64,000 bases of DNA. Origin: a virus (Duplodnaviria > Caudoviricetes). The number at the start of each line of letters is the position of its first letter. Positions within the stretch are counted from its first letter, which is position 1. The stretch lies in the IMG/VR virus record IMGVR_UViG_3300010352_001202. One strand, given 5' to 3'. Made by a program: the position numbers and the translations under genes. A model generated the notes under the pieces. The model ran no database searches, was not told where the DNA came from, and saw only the letters and a program-made list of their open reading frames with translations. Below are positions 29,534 through 39,425 of the stretch, one piece after another.

Positions 29534-29562
29534 TTGACTTTCAGAAACAATATTGCTATACT
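29534..29562 (+). promoter_or_regulatory. sigma70-like promoter for the DNA polymerase operon
   Basis: TTGACT-17-TATACT with TG extension. Confidence 0.7.
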
Positions 29563-29603
29563 TGCAACAAAGCTAAGTATTAGCATAAAGCTCAAGGAGT
29601 CAC

Positions 29604-29855
29604 ATGGCTAAGTTATCCCCAGAAAATGTCTCACGATTGAAACAACTCGTTGCAGACGGTGTACAAGTATTACAGGAATGCGAAGATCTAAAGCAAGGTC
29701 TAAGCGAAACGGTAAAAGCCATCGCTGAAGAACTCGAAGTCAAGCCAGCCCAGTTGAATCGTCTAATCAAGGCTGTACAAAAGGGCACAATGAACGATCA
29801 ACGCGAAGCTTTTGACGAGTTAGAGGAACTATATAAGGCCGGGGGTCTCGGCTAA
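29604..29855 (+). CDS. small helical dsDNA-binding protein (T4 DsbA/GapR-like)
   Basis: 83 aa, DLKQGLSETVKAIAEEL...LN.LIK pattern, AAGGAG RBS. Confidence 0.55.
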   Translation: MAKLSPENVSRLKQLVADGVQVLQECEDLKQGLSETVKAIAEELEVKPAQLNRLIKAVQKGTMNDQREAFDELEELYKAGGLG

Positions 29856-32806
29856 TGTATGTAGACTGCCTCTTCAAACGTGGCGGTGATAGTGAAGTAA
29901 TCAAGGTTGTAGAAAGAGTAAACGGTAAACGAGTTTACCGTGAATTTCAGCCTGACTATCACTTCTTCATGAACGATCCACGCGGATCGCACAAATCCAT
30001 CTATGGCGACACAGTAAAGAAAGTGGTTCCACGATCTTTTACTGAAAAGCAAAAATTGGTAAAATCAATGTCGGGTAACGTAAAGAAATGGGAAACAGAC
30101 GTTGATCCCATTTTTCGTTGCCTTGAACAAAACTATCAGCATATTGATGCACCACATCTAAATATTGCATTTTTCGATATTGAAACCAGCTTTGATAAGG
30201 AATCAGGCTGGTCAGAAGCATCCGACGCAGATAACTTTATTACCTCTATTTCTATTCATCTACAATGGTTAGATGAAATCATTTGTTTGGCACTTCCACC
30301 AGAGACGCTTACGTGGGATGAGGCACAGGCTATTGCGGATGAAGTGGGTAATGTTGTATTGTTCAAGTCAGAAGGCGAAATGCTTCAGGCATTTATGGAT
30401 GTTGTAGAAGACGCAGACGTTCTTAGTGGTTGGAATAGTGAAGCATATGATATCCCGTACGTGGTAAATCGTATCAAGAAAGTCTTAGGTAAACACGAAG
30501 CAAGGAAACTATGCTTGTGGGAACAAGAGCCAAAGGTTAGAGAGTTTGATCGTGGTGGAAAAGTTCAAAACACATACGACTTGATTGGAAGGGTACACGT
30601 AGATTACCTCCAGCTTTACAAGAAATACAACTACGAAGAACGTCACTCCTATGCGCTGAATGCTATTGCAGAAATTGAGCTTGGTGAAAACAAGGTCCAG
30701 TACGAGGGAACACTGGACGAGTTGTACAACGATGACTTTAAGAAGTTCTTAGAGTACAACATTCAAGATACACGATTACTTGATAGATTAGATAAGAAGC
30801 TTGATTTTATTAGCCTGGCAAACTCTATTGCGCATTCCAGTTGCGTGTTAATTCAAACAACAATGGGTGCGGTAGCGGTAACTGACCAAAACGTACTAAT
30901 GGAAGCACACAGTAGAAATATGGTGTGTCCAGACAAGAAGCATAGCAAAGACGAAACGTCTACAAGAGCAGCAGGCGGCTGGGTTGCAACACCCAAAAAG
31001 GGATTTCATAAGTGGATCGCATCTACTGACATGAAGTCGCTATATCCATCTGTCATTAGAACGTTCAACATGAGTCCTGAAATGATTGTAGGGCAGATTA
31101 GACTTGATAGAACAAATCAAGCAATCAAAGATTGGGAAGCTAAGGGAGCGAAATATACATTTGCATCTTGGTGGAACGATAGATTCAATGTGCTCGAAAT
31201 GGAAGATTTTTACAATCAGGATATTGGCAACAAGCTTATTCTTGATATGGAAGATGGGCAATCATTTGAAGTTACAGGTAAGGAGCTATATGAACTAATT
31301 TTCAATAGTGGCCAACCTTGGTGTATTAGTGCAAACGGCACAATCTTCAAGACAGATACAGACGGTGTGATTCCGGGTCTATTAACTCGCTGGTACAGTG
31401 AGCGTAAGACACTACAGGCAATCATGACAAACTATCAAGACATCGAAGATAATGCTAAAATCGAAGGTATACAAATACCCGAAAGTTTGTTTACTAATGC
31501 AGATATTAGTGATGTTGAGACAAAGGCTAATCCCTATCTCGAATCTGAGGCATATAAGCCGAAAAAGCTAAAGGAACTAATTACAGAAGGGCATAAAAAG
31601 CGTGTTGTTCAGTACATGAATCAACACAACCTTATGGTTAAGGACGGTAAAGCTATCCACAGGGATCAGAAGGACCTAAAGCGTATTATCGGATTCTGGG
31701 ATAAACGCCAGCTGGTAAAGAAGATCAACCTGAACTCTGCATATGGCGCTTTGTTGAATGCAGGTAGCAGATTCTTCGATCAAAGATTAGGACAATCGAC
31801 TACATTGTCTGGTAGAACTATTACCAAGCACATGGCAGCTAAAACAAACGAAATGATGACGGGGGAATATGATCATTACGGTAAAGCCATCGTCTACGGG
31901 GACACCGATTCCTGCTATTTCTCTGCGTACCCTATTCTTAGAGAAGAAATCGAGCGTGGAGAAGTTGAGTGGACAAAGGAAAGTATTATTGAAACTTACA
32001 ACGCATTAGCGAAAGCAGTTTCAGCAACATTCCCGGAGTTCTTGCTGCAAAAGCTAAATGTTCCTATCAAGCGTTCAACTGGTGTTATTGCTAGCTCACG
32101 CGAAACAGTATCTGAATCTGGTATCTGGATGGTTAAGAAGCGTTATGCTTGCTTGATGTATGATAAGGATGGCATTAGATTAGATGTGGGCGGAAAACCT
32201 GGCAAGGTTAAGGCTATGGGTCTTGACTTGAAGCGTGCAGACACACCTAAGTTTGTTCAAGAGTTCTTATCTGAAATCTTATTAGATACACTTACAGGTA
32301 AGGGAGAAGCGGCTGTTATTGAAAAGATTCGCTTATTCAAAGAACAGTTTGAGGGTATGAAGCCATGGCAGCAAGGTACACCGAGAGCTGTCAATAAGTT
32401 ATCACATTATCGTGATAAGCTGGAAGATGCAGGATTCAAGAAGGCAAAGGGTATACAAGTAGGAAATCTGCATGTTCCTGGACACGTTACAGCAAGTCTA
32501 AATTGGAATCGCATGAAAGAAATCAATATGGATCAACATGCGATGAAGATTATCGACGGGCAGAAAGTGATTGTTTGCAAACTAAGAGATACACCCGAAA
32601 ACAAGCTTACAAGCATTGCATATCCTGTAGACGAAGTTCACTTGCCAGACTGGTTCCTGAACTTACCATTCGACAGCGAAGGTATGCAAGCAGGTATTGT
32701 AGACCAAAAGGTAAAAAACTTACTTGGTGTTCTAAACTGGGATCTTAGCAGAACCAATAAAGAACATGCACACTTAGAGACTCTGTTTGACTTCAGCGCA
32801 GTCTGA
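29855..32806 (+). CDS. family B DNA polymerase
   Basis: ExoI FDIET, ExoII GWNS..YD, ExoIII YN..D, motif A DMKSLYPS, motif B K...NSAYG, motif C YGDTDS. Confidence 0.96.
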   Translation: MYVDCLFKRGGDSEVIKVVERVNGKRVYREFQPDYHFFMNDPRGSHKSIYGDTVKKVVPRSFTEKQKLVKSMSGNVKKWETDVDPIFRCLEQNYQHIDAPHLNIAFFDIETSFDKESGWSEASDADNFITSISIHLQWLDEIICLALPPETLTWDEAQAIADEVGNVVLFKSEGEMLQAFMDVVEDADVLSGWNSEAYDIPYVVNRIKKVLGKHEARKLCLWEQEPKVREFDRGGKVQNTYDLIGRVHVDYLQLYKKYNYEERHSYALNAIAEIELGENKVQYEGTLDELYNDDFKKFLEYNIQDTRLLDRLDKKLDFISLANSIAHSSCVLIQTTMGAVAVTDQNVLMEAHSRNMVCPDKKHSKDETSTRAAGGWVATPKKGFHKWIASTDMKSLYPSVIRTFNMSPEMIVGQIRLDRTNQAIKDWEAKGAKYTFASWWNDRFNVLEMEDFYNQDIGNKLILDMEDGQSFEVTGKELYELIFNSGQPWCISANGTIFKTDTDGVIPGLLTRWYSERKTLQAIMTNYQDIEDNAKIEGIQIPESLFTNADISDVETKANPYLESEAYKPKKLKELITEGHKKRVVQYMNQHNLMVKDGKAIHRDQKDLKRIIGFWDKRQLVKKINLNSAYGALLNAGSRFFDQRLGQSTTLSGRTITKHMAAKTNEMMTGEYDHYGKAIVYGDTDSCYFSAYPILREEIERGEVEWTKESIIETYNALAKAVSATFPEFLLQKLNVPIKRSTGVIASSRETVSESGIWMVKKRYACLMYDKDGIRLDVGGKPGKVKAMGLDLKRADTPKFVQEFLSEILLDTLTGKGEAAVIEKIRLFKEQFEGMKPWQQGTPRAVNKLSHYRDKLEDAGFKKAKGIQVGNLHVPGHVTASLNWNRMKEINMDQHAMKIIDGQKVIVCKLRDTPENKLTSIAYPVDEVHLPDWFLNLPFDSEGMQAGIVDQKVKNLLGVLNWDLSRTNKEHAHLETLFDFSAV

Positions 32807-32809
32807 AAT

Positions 32810-32838
32810 TTGACTAAGTCAACACCGCACTGTATAAT
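32810..32838 (+). promoter_or_regulatory. sigma70-like promoter
   Basis: TTGACT-17-TATAAT. Confidence 0.75.
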
Positions 32839-32857
32839 AATCAGAATAGGAGAAGTT

Positions 32858-33061
32858 GTGGAACAATATTTTTCAAAACAAGATAAAACAATCAACGGAG
32901 TAACTCAGTTACTTCATTATATTCTTGAAGATAACAGTTCTGGTGTTATTAGGAATATTGTCAAGAACCTAAAACAAGATCAATTAGATGAGTTTTTAGA
33001 TAAACACACCTATGTAACACATGCTACAGAAAGCATGCCCGTATTTAAACCTAAGGAATAA
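32858..33061 (+). CDS. hypothetical protein
   Basis: GTG start behind AGGAG, downstream of promoter. Confidence 0.65.
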   Translation: MEQYFSKQDKTINGVTQLLHYILEDNSSGVIRNIVKNLKQDQLDEFLDKHTYVTHATESMPVFKPKE

Positions 33062-33063
33062 AC

Positions 33064-33798
33064 ATGCTATTAGACGCATTCAAAGACATTATCAAGCACA
33101 CAAGCAGTCTCGGCATTATCGAGATGGTGAAGCTTATGGGCACAGCAGCAACAACCAAGCTAGAAACAAAAGATATCGATAATACCGTTATCATCTACGG
33201 TGAAATGTATCAACCAATTAGCGGTGTTGATACAACATTAGGACTATCGCGCCTTGCAGTGCTGAAGGGCTATATCGGCATGCACGAAGAATCAACTGTG
33301 ACTATTTCAACAGAAACACGCGCAGGGGTTACAGTTCCTACAGAGATTGTATTCGACAACGGCGATGGATTTGTATCAAACTACAGATTTATGTCCGAGT
33401 CCATGATCAACGAACAAATTAAGGTTCCGCCTTTCAAGGGTGCAACATGGGATGTTGTTACGGTTCCGTCAAAAGCAGCTATTTCAATGCTTAACGACAA
33501 CTTTGGTGTATTAGGTACATTCGAAAAGCGTTTCATTGTTAGCGTAGACAAGGGAACACTGAAGTTTAGTATCGGTACAGGACCGACAGACAGAACAACA
33601 GTTCCGTTTGCTAAGAATGTTACAGGCACACTAAAGCACCAGTGGTCTTATCCGTTGGCACAAGTTCTTTCTATCCTGAAGCTTACAGATAATGCATCGA
33701 GCTCGACTATGAGTTTCTCAGATCAGGGTGCCCTTAAGATTGACATCGATAGCGGCATTGGCAAATATTCATACATCGTACCTGCAGGCAAAGCGTAA
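33064..33798 (+). CDS. probable sliding clamp (gp45/PCNA-like)
   Basis: 244 aa with a two-domain beta-rich pattern, next to the polymerase; clamp loader present in window; fold inferred. Confidence 0.55.
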   Translation: MLLDAFKDIIKHTSSLGIIEMVKLMGTAATTKLETKDIDNTVIIYGEMYQPISGVDTTLGLSRLAVLKGYIGMHEESTVTISTETRAGVTVPTEIVFDNGDGFVSNYRFMSESMINEQIKVPPFKGATWDVVTVPSKAAISMLNDNFGVLGTFEKRFIVSVDKGTLKFSIGTGPTDRTTVPFAKNVTGTLKHQWSYPLAQVLSILKLTDNASSSTMSFSDQGALKIDIDSGIGKYSYIVPAGKA

Positions 33799-33799
33799 T

Positions 33800-34069
33800 A
33801 TGGAAGATGAGCCGGAGTTCAACGAAGTTATTTTAGCGTTGAAATATCCGGATTATCACAAATGGCGTGATTTAAAGGCTGCCAAGGCACGCGGCGGTTA
33901 TTGGCCCGATGGGTCTATAGTGCGCCTTAGTGATCCGGAAATGAAACCATATATGGATTACGAGATGGATCGTATTAGAAACGATCCAGAATATGCACGC
34001 AAGATCCTGAATAACTTAGGCCTTTATAAACAAAAATTACACGATACTGACGACGATTTGCCTAAATAA
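33800..34069 (+). CDS. hypothetical protein
   Basis: ATG 33800 right after previous stop. Confidence 0.65.
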   Translation: MEDEPEFNEVILALKYPDYHKWRDLKAAKARGGYWPDGSIVRLSDPEMKPYMDYEMDRIRNDPEYARKILNNLGLYKQKLHDTDDDLPK

Positions 34070-34072
34070 AGT

Positions 34073-34273
34073 ATGGACGACATAGACCGCACTTTTGAAA
34101 AACTCAAGAAACAAGATTATAAGACTGTCGAAGGTCTAGTAGGTAATCGTCTTACAGTTAATCCATATACATTTGAACTACACCTTCATAAGCTTTATCA
34201 CCGCATCGTTATAGATTGTGGTTGGACAGTAGAAGAATTCCTAGACGAACTAAACAACAGAAAATTCACATGA
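34073..34273 (+). CDS. hypothetical protein
   Basis: 66 aa, ATGA overlap with next gene. Confidence 0.65.
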   Translation: MDDIDRTFEKLKKQDYKTVEGLVGNRLTVNPYTFELHLHKLYHRIVIDCGWTVEEFLDELNNRKFT

Positions 34274-35841
34274 CAAATAGCAGAGTAAATTTCACAGAAA
34301 GACACGAAGAAGGTGGCTGGGCTAAGTATTTGCCTGCTATCAGCGGATTCTACACTACACATTTAGGTAAGGATTTGTCTGACGAAACATTCGTTCCTGC
34401 AGATCGCCTACCTAAAAAGTTCGAGTTCGGGTTGCAAGGACTAAACTTCTTAGATCCGGAATATAGTTATTTCAATTATAAGTATGGATTGTATTCAGCA
34501 GGACACGCTGAACGTAAGCTAGATAAATGCGATGATCGCGAACCCATGATACACAAGCGTGACCGAAAGAACACTGTACTTGTTGGTGACTCAGGGGGCT
34601 TTCAGATCGCAACCGGCGTTATTAAGCTTGATTGGGCTACGGTTAAGACACCCGCAGGCGACAAGCTAAGAGAAGAGATCTTGCGTTATTTAGAGCATAC
34701 AGCCGATTGGTCAATGACGCTCGATGTACCAGCATTTGCTGCACTGCCACCACTGAGCGAAAAGACAGGACTTACAAAGTTTGAAGATTGCTTAGATGTG
34801 TCAATCTACAATTTAGATTATTTCATGAAGAATCGTGTGCCTGGTGCAACTAAGTTCTTGAATGTAATGTCTGGTAGTAGCAATGAAAACTCCAAGCAAT
34901 GGTATGATGCAGTAAAGAAATATAGTATTCCTGCAGAAGTAGAGAAAATGGGATATACTGTAGATCGCACATTAGAGGGTTGGGCGTTCGCTGGTATCAA
35001 TATGAAGAACATGAAAACTGTTCTTGAAAGAATGTTGGATCTGCGTCGTGACAACCTACTTGGTGGTAAGGATTGGATCCACTTTCTGGGTATTGGCAGA
35101 CTTGATTGGGCATGCTATCTATCGTCTATCGAACGCCTGTTAAAGAAATATGATAATCCTAACATCAATATTAGCTTTGATGCTGCATCACCGTTTGTTG
35201 CTGCAGGCGGATATGCTCTGTCGTATAATTATAACTATTTCAAGCCAGATCAACTTACATATGCAATGGGCAGAGGTATTGATGATAAGGGCCTGAAAGG
35301 TAGTAATAGGGCGATGCCGTTCCAAGGACCTATTATGGAAAGACTTACTGCCGGCGATATGTGCGTTATGGGTCCCGGTGATCTAAATAAACACGGCAAA
35401 GAAGGTAAGACAAGCTGGGATACAACTACGTATGCATTGGTAATGGCACATAATGTGTATAACCATATTCAGGCAGTACAAGAAATCAACAGGCTGGCTG
35501 ATATCGAATATGCGGTTCGTAAAAATGTGGATTATAGGGACTGGTATCAAATGCGCGACAGGAAGAAGCAAACAAATCTTAGCGACTTTGTTCCTAACTC
35601 TATTTTATTCTTCAACAACTTTGTGGAGGTATTACTTGATCCTTCCAATAAAGATCCGTATAATATGTTGAAGGAGAATCAAGCTTTCCTTGACTACGTT
35701 AGCTTTGGTGATAAGAAAGCAACAACAACGTTTAGTTCGTTGTTTGGAGAAGAAGACAACCACAGCAACGACGAGCATACGCCAACAGGCGAGGAGCTTG
35801 CAGGTCTTGATAAGGAAGACCTAATAGACTTAGATGAATGA
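34270..35841 (+). CDS. TGT-fold guanine transglycosylase-like protein (DpdA-like)
   Basis: GDSGGFQ, MTLDVP, GWAFAG, IHFLG and SFDAAS correspond to TGT/DpdA motifs; QueE and QueD-like genes nearby. Confidence 0.75.
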   Translation: MTNSRVNFTERHEEGGWAKYLPAISGFYTTHLGKDLSDETFVPADRLPKKFEFGLQGLNFLDPEYSYFNYKYGLYSAGHAERKLDKCDDREPMIHKRDRKNTVLVGDSGGFQIATGVIKLDWATVKTPAGDKLREEILRYLEHTADWSMTLDVPAFAALPPLSEKTGLTKFEDCLDVSIYNLDYFMKNRVPGATKFLNVMSGSSNENSKQWYDAVKKYSIPAEVEKMGYTVDRTLEGWAFAGINMKNMKTVLERMLDLRRDNLLGGKDWIHFLGIGRLDWACYLSSIERLLKKYDNPNINISFDAASPFVAAGGYALSYNYNYFKPDQLTYAMGRGIDDKGLKGSNRAMPFQGPIMERLTAGDMCVMGPGDLNKHGKEGKTSWDTTTYALVMAHNVYNHIQAVQEINRLADIEYAVRKNVDYRDWYQMRDRKKQTNLSDFVPNSILFFNNFVEVLLDPSNKDPYNMLKENQAFLDYVSFGDKKATTTFSSLFGEEDNHSNDEHTPTGEELAGLDKEDLIDLDE

Positions 35842-36058
35842 GAGACTTCAGAAGCACCTATCGACTTTAGAACAGTTGATAGGTTTACAGAAAGAATCCG
35901 TATGCCGCGGTGACCCTGCGGTGCAATATATGCATGGTATGCTAAATGGATTAATATGTGCCCATGCTATATTTTCTGATTCCTCTCCAGTATATCATAG
36001 TCGTCCTTTTAGAAAAAGACATACAAGAGTAAGACATAAAGTAAAACAAGGAAGTTAA
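35834..36058 (+). CDS. hypothetical protein
   Basis: 74 aa, overlaps neighbours. Confidence 0.65.
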   Translation: MNERLQKHLSTLEQLIGLQKESVCRGDPAVQYMHGMLNGLICAHAIFSDSSPVYHSRPFRKRHTRVRHKVKQGS

Positions 36059-36888
36059 TGACAAATAAGGTATGTATATATCACGGTAATTGCGCAGATG
36101 GATTTACAGCAGCATGGGTAGTTAGGCAAGCACAAGGATCTGAGGTTGAGTTTATCCCGGGATTCTATCAAACAGAGCCTCCCGATGTTACAGGTAAAAT
36201 CGTCTACATGGTAGATTTCAGCTATAAGCGTCCAGTTATGGAGAAGCTTATTGCGCAGGCAGAAAAATTTATTCACATTGATCATCACGATACAGCAATT
36301 AAGGATATGGAGGGCTTTGATGCCCCTAATTTCTTTACAATGTATTCCCCGGATAATTCGGCCAGCGGAGCAATGCTTACCTGGCTTTATTTTTATCCAG
36401 ATATTGCTGTGCCTGAATTTATTAAACACATCGATGATAGAGATCGCTGGCAATTTAAATTACGTGGTACACGCGAAATTCAGGCAAATGTATTCAGCTA
36501 TGAATATACGTTTGAAAACTGGGATATGCTTGTAAATCAAGCATTGGATGAGCAAATCAGAGAAGGCTCTGCCATTGAACGCAGAATGGCAAAGGATGTT
36601 AAGGAATTGATTGGTGTGGTAGTGCGCAGAATGAACATTGCAGGTTATAACGTGCCTGTAGCTAATGTGCCATACCAGTACGGTTCGGATATATGCCATG
36701 CACTCTGTAAAAATGAGCCTTTTGCGGCGTATTACTACGATAAACCTACAGGACGCGAGTTTGGCCTAAGGTCAGAAGCTGGCGGCGTACATGTAGGCGA
36801 AATTGCTACAAAATACGGTGGTGGAGGTCACGAACACGCCGCCGGTTTTAGAATCACTTACGGTGGTGCAAAGCACTTTGAATTATGA
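36058..36888 (+). CDS. DHH/DHHA1 phosphoesterase
   Basis: YHGNCADG, VDFS, IDHH, GGGGH..AAG. Confidence 0.88.
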   Translation: MTNKVCIYHGNCADGFTAAWVVRQAQGSEVEFIPGFYQTEPPDVTGKIVYMVDFSYKRPVMEKLIAQAEKFIHIDHHDTAIKDMEGFDAPNFFTMYSPDNSASGAMLTWLYFYPDIAVPEFIKHIDDRDRWQFKLRGTREIQANVFSYEYTFENWDMLVNQALDEQIREGSAIERRMAKDVKELIGVVVRRMNIAGYNVPVANVPYQYGSDICHALCKNEPFAAYYYDKPTGREFGLRSEAGGVHVGEIATKYGGGGHEHAAGFRITYGGAKHFEL

Positions 36889-37058
36889 AACCTTGGTTTG
36901 CATGGTATCCTGTAAACATTGATAATAAGTGGGTATGGCTAAGGACAGTCGAAAGGGAGCGGCATCATGCTTTCTTAGATGCACGTCCGTTTGGTGATTA
37001 TCCTTCCTATCCTGTTTCGGGTTATTGGGTATATAAAAATGTCAAAGAAAAATCCTAG
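36885..37058 (+). CDS. small hypothetical protein (not in ORF track)
   Basis: MKPWFAWYPV...WVWL..VER, 57 aa, ATGA overlap, fills gap. Confidence 0.65.
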   Translation: MKPWFAWYPVNIDNKWVWLRTVERERHHAFLDARPFGDYPSYPVSGYWVYKNVKEKS

Positions 37059-37467
37059 AGATTCTGATAAAAAGCCATCTGAAATGTTTATGAGGGCTGT
37101 ATCCGGCTTTGGTGTCGGTTCACCGGATTTAACATGTGGATGGTGCGGTAGATTACACCTTTGCCCCACCTCCGAGTCCTATACACAGGACGAAGACGAA
37201 GGAGTGGGATGGAGAGAAGATTGCGAAAGGCAATATAAAGAAGATCCAGATAATGTTGTATTGCATTGGGAATGGGATGCTATTTCGGGGCACGAGCTTA
37301 ATGGTATACTTTTTGTAGATGATTGTCCGTGTAACGGTATTACAAGATACGAAACATTTATATGGAAAGAGCGGGAAACAATCCGCAGATACCTAAAGGC
37401 GCGCATTGAACAAGAGTATCAATGGGCACAAGAAGAACTCACACTTAACAAACTTGCAGGAATATAA
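37039..37467 (+). CDS. hypothetical Cys-containing protein
   Basis: CGWCGR.H.C and CPC motifs; start ATG 37039. Confidence 0.7.
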   Translation: MSKKNPRDSDKKPSEMFMRAVSGFGVGSPDLTCGWCGRLHLCPTSESYTQDEDEGVGWREDCERQYKEDPDNVVLHWEWDAISGHELNGILFVDDCPCNGITRYETFIWKERETIRRYLKARIEQEYQWAQEELTLNKLAGI

Positions 37468-37468
37468 A

Positions 37469-37762
37469 ATGATCGGAAAGAAATTATTTGTAGTCGATGT
37501 AATCTCAAGCTTTCACAATCGTTATGTAATTGAGGCCGAAAGTCTCGAACATGCGTATGACGAAGTAACAATGATAGACTCGGGGAATGAAGAAGATTCC
37601 TTTGAGCCATTCTCGCAAAAGTTCTTAGGTGAGCAGATTATTGACGGTAGAAAGATTTCACCTAGAAAATTTCAAAAGTTACTTGTCGAATTAGAAAAAT
37701 CCGGCGATGGTTCATATTGGATGGGCGAACAACTTATTAGAAAGATCGATTATAACAGATAA
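37469..37762 (+). CDS. hypothetical protein
   Basis: ATG 37469 behind AGGA. Confidence 0.7.
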   Translation: MIGKKLFVVDVISSFHNRYVIEAESLEHAYDEVTMIDSGNEEDSFEPFSQKFLGEQIIDGRKISPRKFQKLLVELEKSGDGSYWMGEQLIRKIDYNR

Positions 37763-37765
37763 AAT

Positions 37766-38020
37766 ATGGCGAAAGAAGTTGAACATAAAGACCTATTAGG
37801 CAACCCTATAACAGAAAGTTCTAAGCTAGCGGTATCTCATCATAATAGCTTGAAAATTTGCTCTATCGTTAAGTTAAATCCTAAAATGCTTAGGGTAGTG
37901 CCTATTAACAGTAAGCGTAAATGGGCTGAAGGTGACGGATATTTAGTTTATCCCAGTCAGACTGTTGTGGTAGACGGACCGGATGTAATGGCTTACATAT
38001 TGCGTGGCGATGGAACGTAG
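37766..38020 (+). CDS. hypothetical protein
   Basis: 84 aa in operon. Confidence 0.7.
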   Translation: MAKEVEHKDLLGNPITESSKLAVSHHNSLKICSIVKLNPKMLRVVPINSKRKWAEGDGYLVYPSQTVVVDGPDVMAYILRGDGT

Positions 38021-38237
38021 TAGAGATGAAGAAGCGGAAGAGATAATCCGCAGACTAAAGGCACCACCGAAGCCGAAACATAGGATGCTGACAGCAACCT
38101 GGGATTTTGTAACAACGGCGGACCTGCAGGTTACACACGGCATAGATTTAGAAAAAGAAATAACAGAAGCATTATCAGCAATGATAGCTGCCGAAATTGA
38201 TCAAGAACTATTAGGAAAAATAAGGAGCACAAAATGA
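38010..38237 (+). CDS. small protein resembling a gp23-type major capsid protein segment
   Basis: R.LTATW....ADLQ..HGIDLE.EI..ALS..IAAEIDQELL resembles the conserved gp23 core segment. Confidence 0.65.
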   Translation: MERSRDEEAEEIIRRLKAPPKPKHRMLTATWDFVTTADLQVTHGIDLEKEITEALSAMIAAEIDQELLGKIRSTK

Positions 38238-39412
38238 GAAAACTGTATTACATGGGTCTCGAATCGTACGAAGCCCGTTATACCTTACAACTGCAAGACT
38301 GGAACGAAAGAGTATTCAAGCTTAGAGGCATTGATTACGAGTGCGTTACAGGTACAGAGCTTGCAACAGATAAGAAGATTGTTACAGGTAGCGTTCTCGA
38401 TGCTCACGGCCGTACATATTACAGTTTGATGCAGACAGCAAATCTTATCAAGCTTATGAAAGAAGGCAAGGTAACAAACGAAGATGTTATCTTCTACGAA
38501 GATATGTTTACACCCGGTATTGAAAGTTTGCCTTACATTCTAGAACAAGTCCCGGCAGCATATCGTCCGAAGGTATATGTTCGCTGCCTGGCACAAAGTA
38601 TTGATCCGGACGATTTTGTCAATCGCGAAGGCATGGCACATTGGATGCGTAAGTTTGAACAAATGGTTGACGAGTTTGTTGATGGTATTTTAGTTGCAAG
38701 CGAAGAAATGGTTGCACACCTGCGTATTGCAGGAATGGATGCACCTATCTATGTTACAGGCCTACCGTTTGGTAAGGCTGAAGTGTTGAGCCGTGTTCCA
38801 CTTCAACAGCCGCTTGTCAACAGAACAAAGCGTGTAGGATTTGCTGCTCGGTGGGATGACGAAAAGCAACCTGATTTTTACATGGATTTGGCAGAGGCTG
38901 TTTATAAGGATGCACCAGAAGTAGAGTTCGCTGTGTTCTGCGGACATCCGGAACTGAAGAGCAATCGGCAAGCATATGTAGATCGAGCAAGAAAGCTAGA
39001 AAAGGGTAACCAAGCCAACTTTAAAGTGTATACTGGCCTGAAAAAGGATGATTACTACCGGCTTTTAGCAGATTCTACCGTTTTATTCAACTGCGCACTT
39101 CAGGACTGGGTAAGTAATACAGTAAGCGAAGCTGATACGTTGGGAACTCTTACCTTATATCCCGCCTATCGTAGCTTCCCCGAAGTGTTTGCTAATAATG
39201 CGAAAAACATGTATATTCCGTGGAGCATTGAAGATGCTAAAACAAGGTTGCTAGATATGCTTGCAGCACCATGGAAATACGAAACAGGACTTATTAGCGC
39301 ATGGCAGAATGGTACTATTGATCGCACTATCGATATTTTAGAAGGTGGTGGCAATCAATGGGCAAGAAATAGCAATGACTACAGAAAGTATGTAGCCAAG
39401 GCAAAATACTAA
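38234..39412 (+). CDS. GT-B fold glycosyltransferase
   Basis: FAARWDDEKQPD...YY.LL....V..N.ALQD.....V.EA...G....P...SFPE, GT4-like C-terminal lobe. Confidence 0.75.
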   Translation: MRKLYYMGLESYEARYTLQLQDWNERVFKLRGIDYECVTGTELATDKKIVTGSVLDAHGRTYYSLMQTANLIKLMKEGKVTNEDVIFYEDMFTPGIESLPYILEQVPAAYRPKVYVRCLAQSIDPDDFVNREGMAHWMRKFEQMVDEFVDGILVASEEMVAHLRIAGMDAPIYVTGLPFGKAEVLSRVPLQQPLVNRTKRVGFAARWDDEKQPDFYMDLAEAVYKDAPEVEFAVFCGHPELKSNRQAYVDRARKLEKGNQANFKVYTGLKKDDYYRLLADSTVLFNCALQDWVSNTVSEADTLGTLTLYPAYRSFPEVFANNAKNMYIPWSIEDAKTRLLDMLAAPWKYETGLISAWQNGTIDRTIDILEGGGNQWARNSNDYRKYVAKAKY

Positions 39413-39425
39413 TCAAGGAACAAAG

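Noticed and set aside
31430-31690. Intein or intron in the DNA polymerase
   Set aside because: The reading frame is continuous and no intein splice-junction residues are visible.
32810-32857. TTG start of ORF 32810 (similarly GTG 54837 and TTG 15970)
   Set aside because: These codons fall within or upstream of promoter elements; downstream starts have good RBSs.
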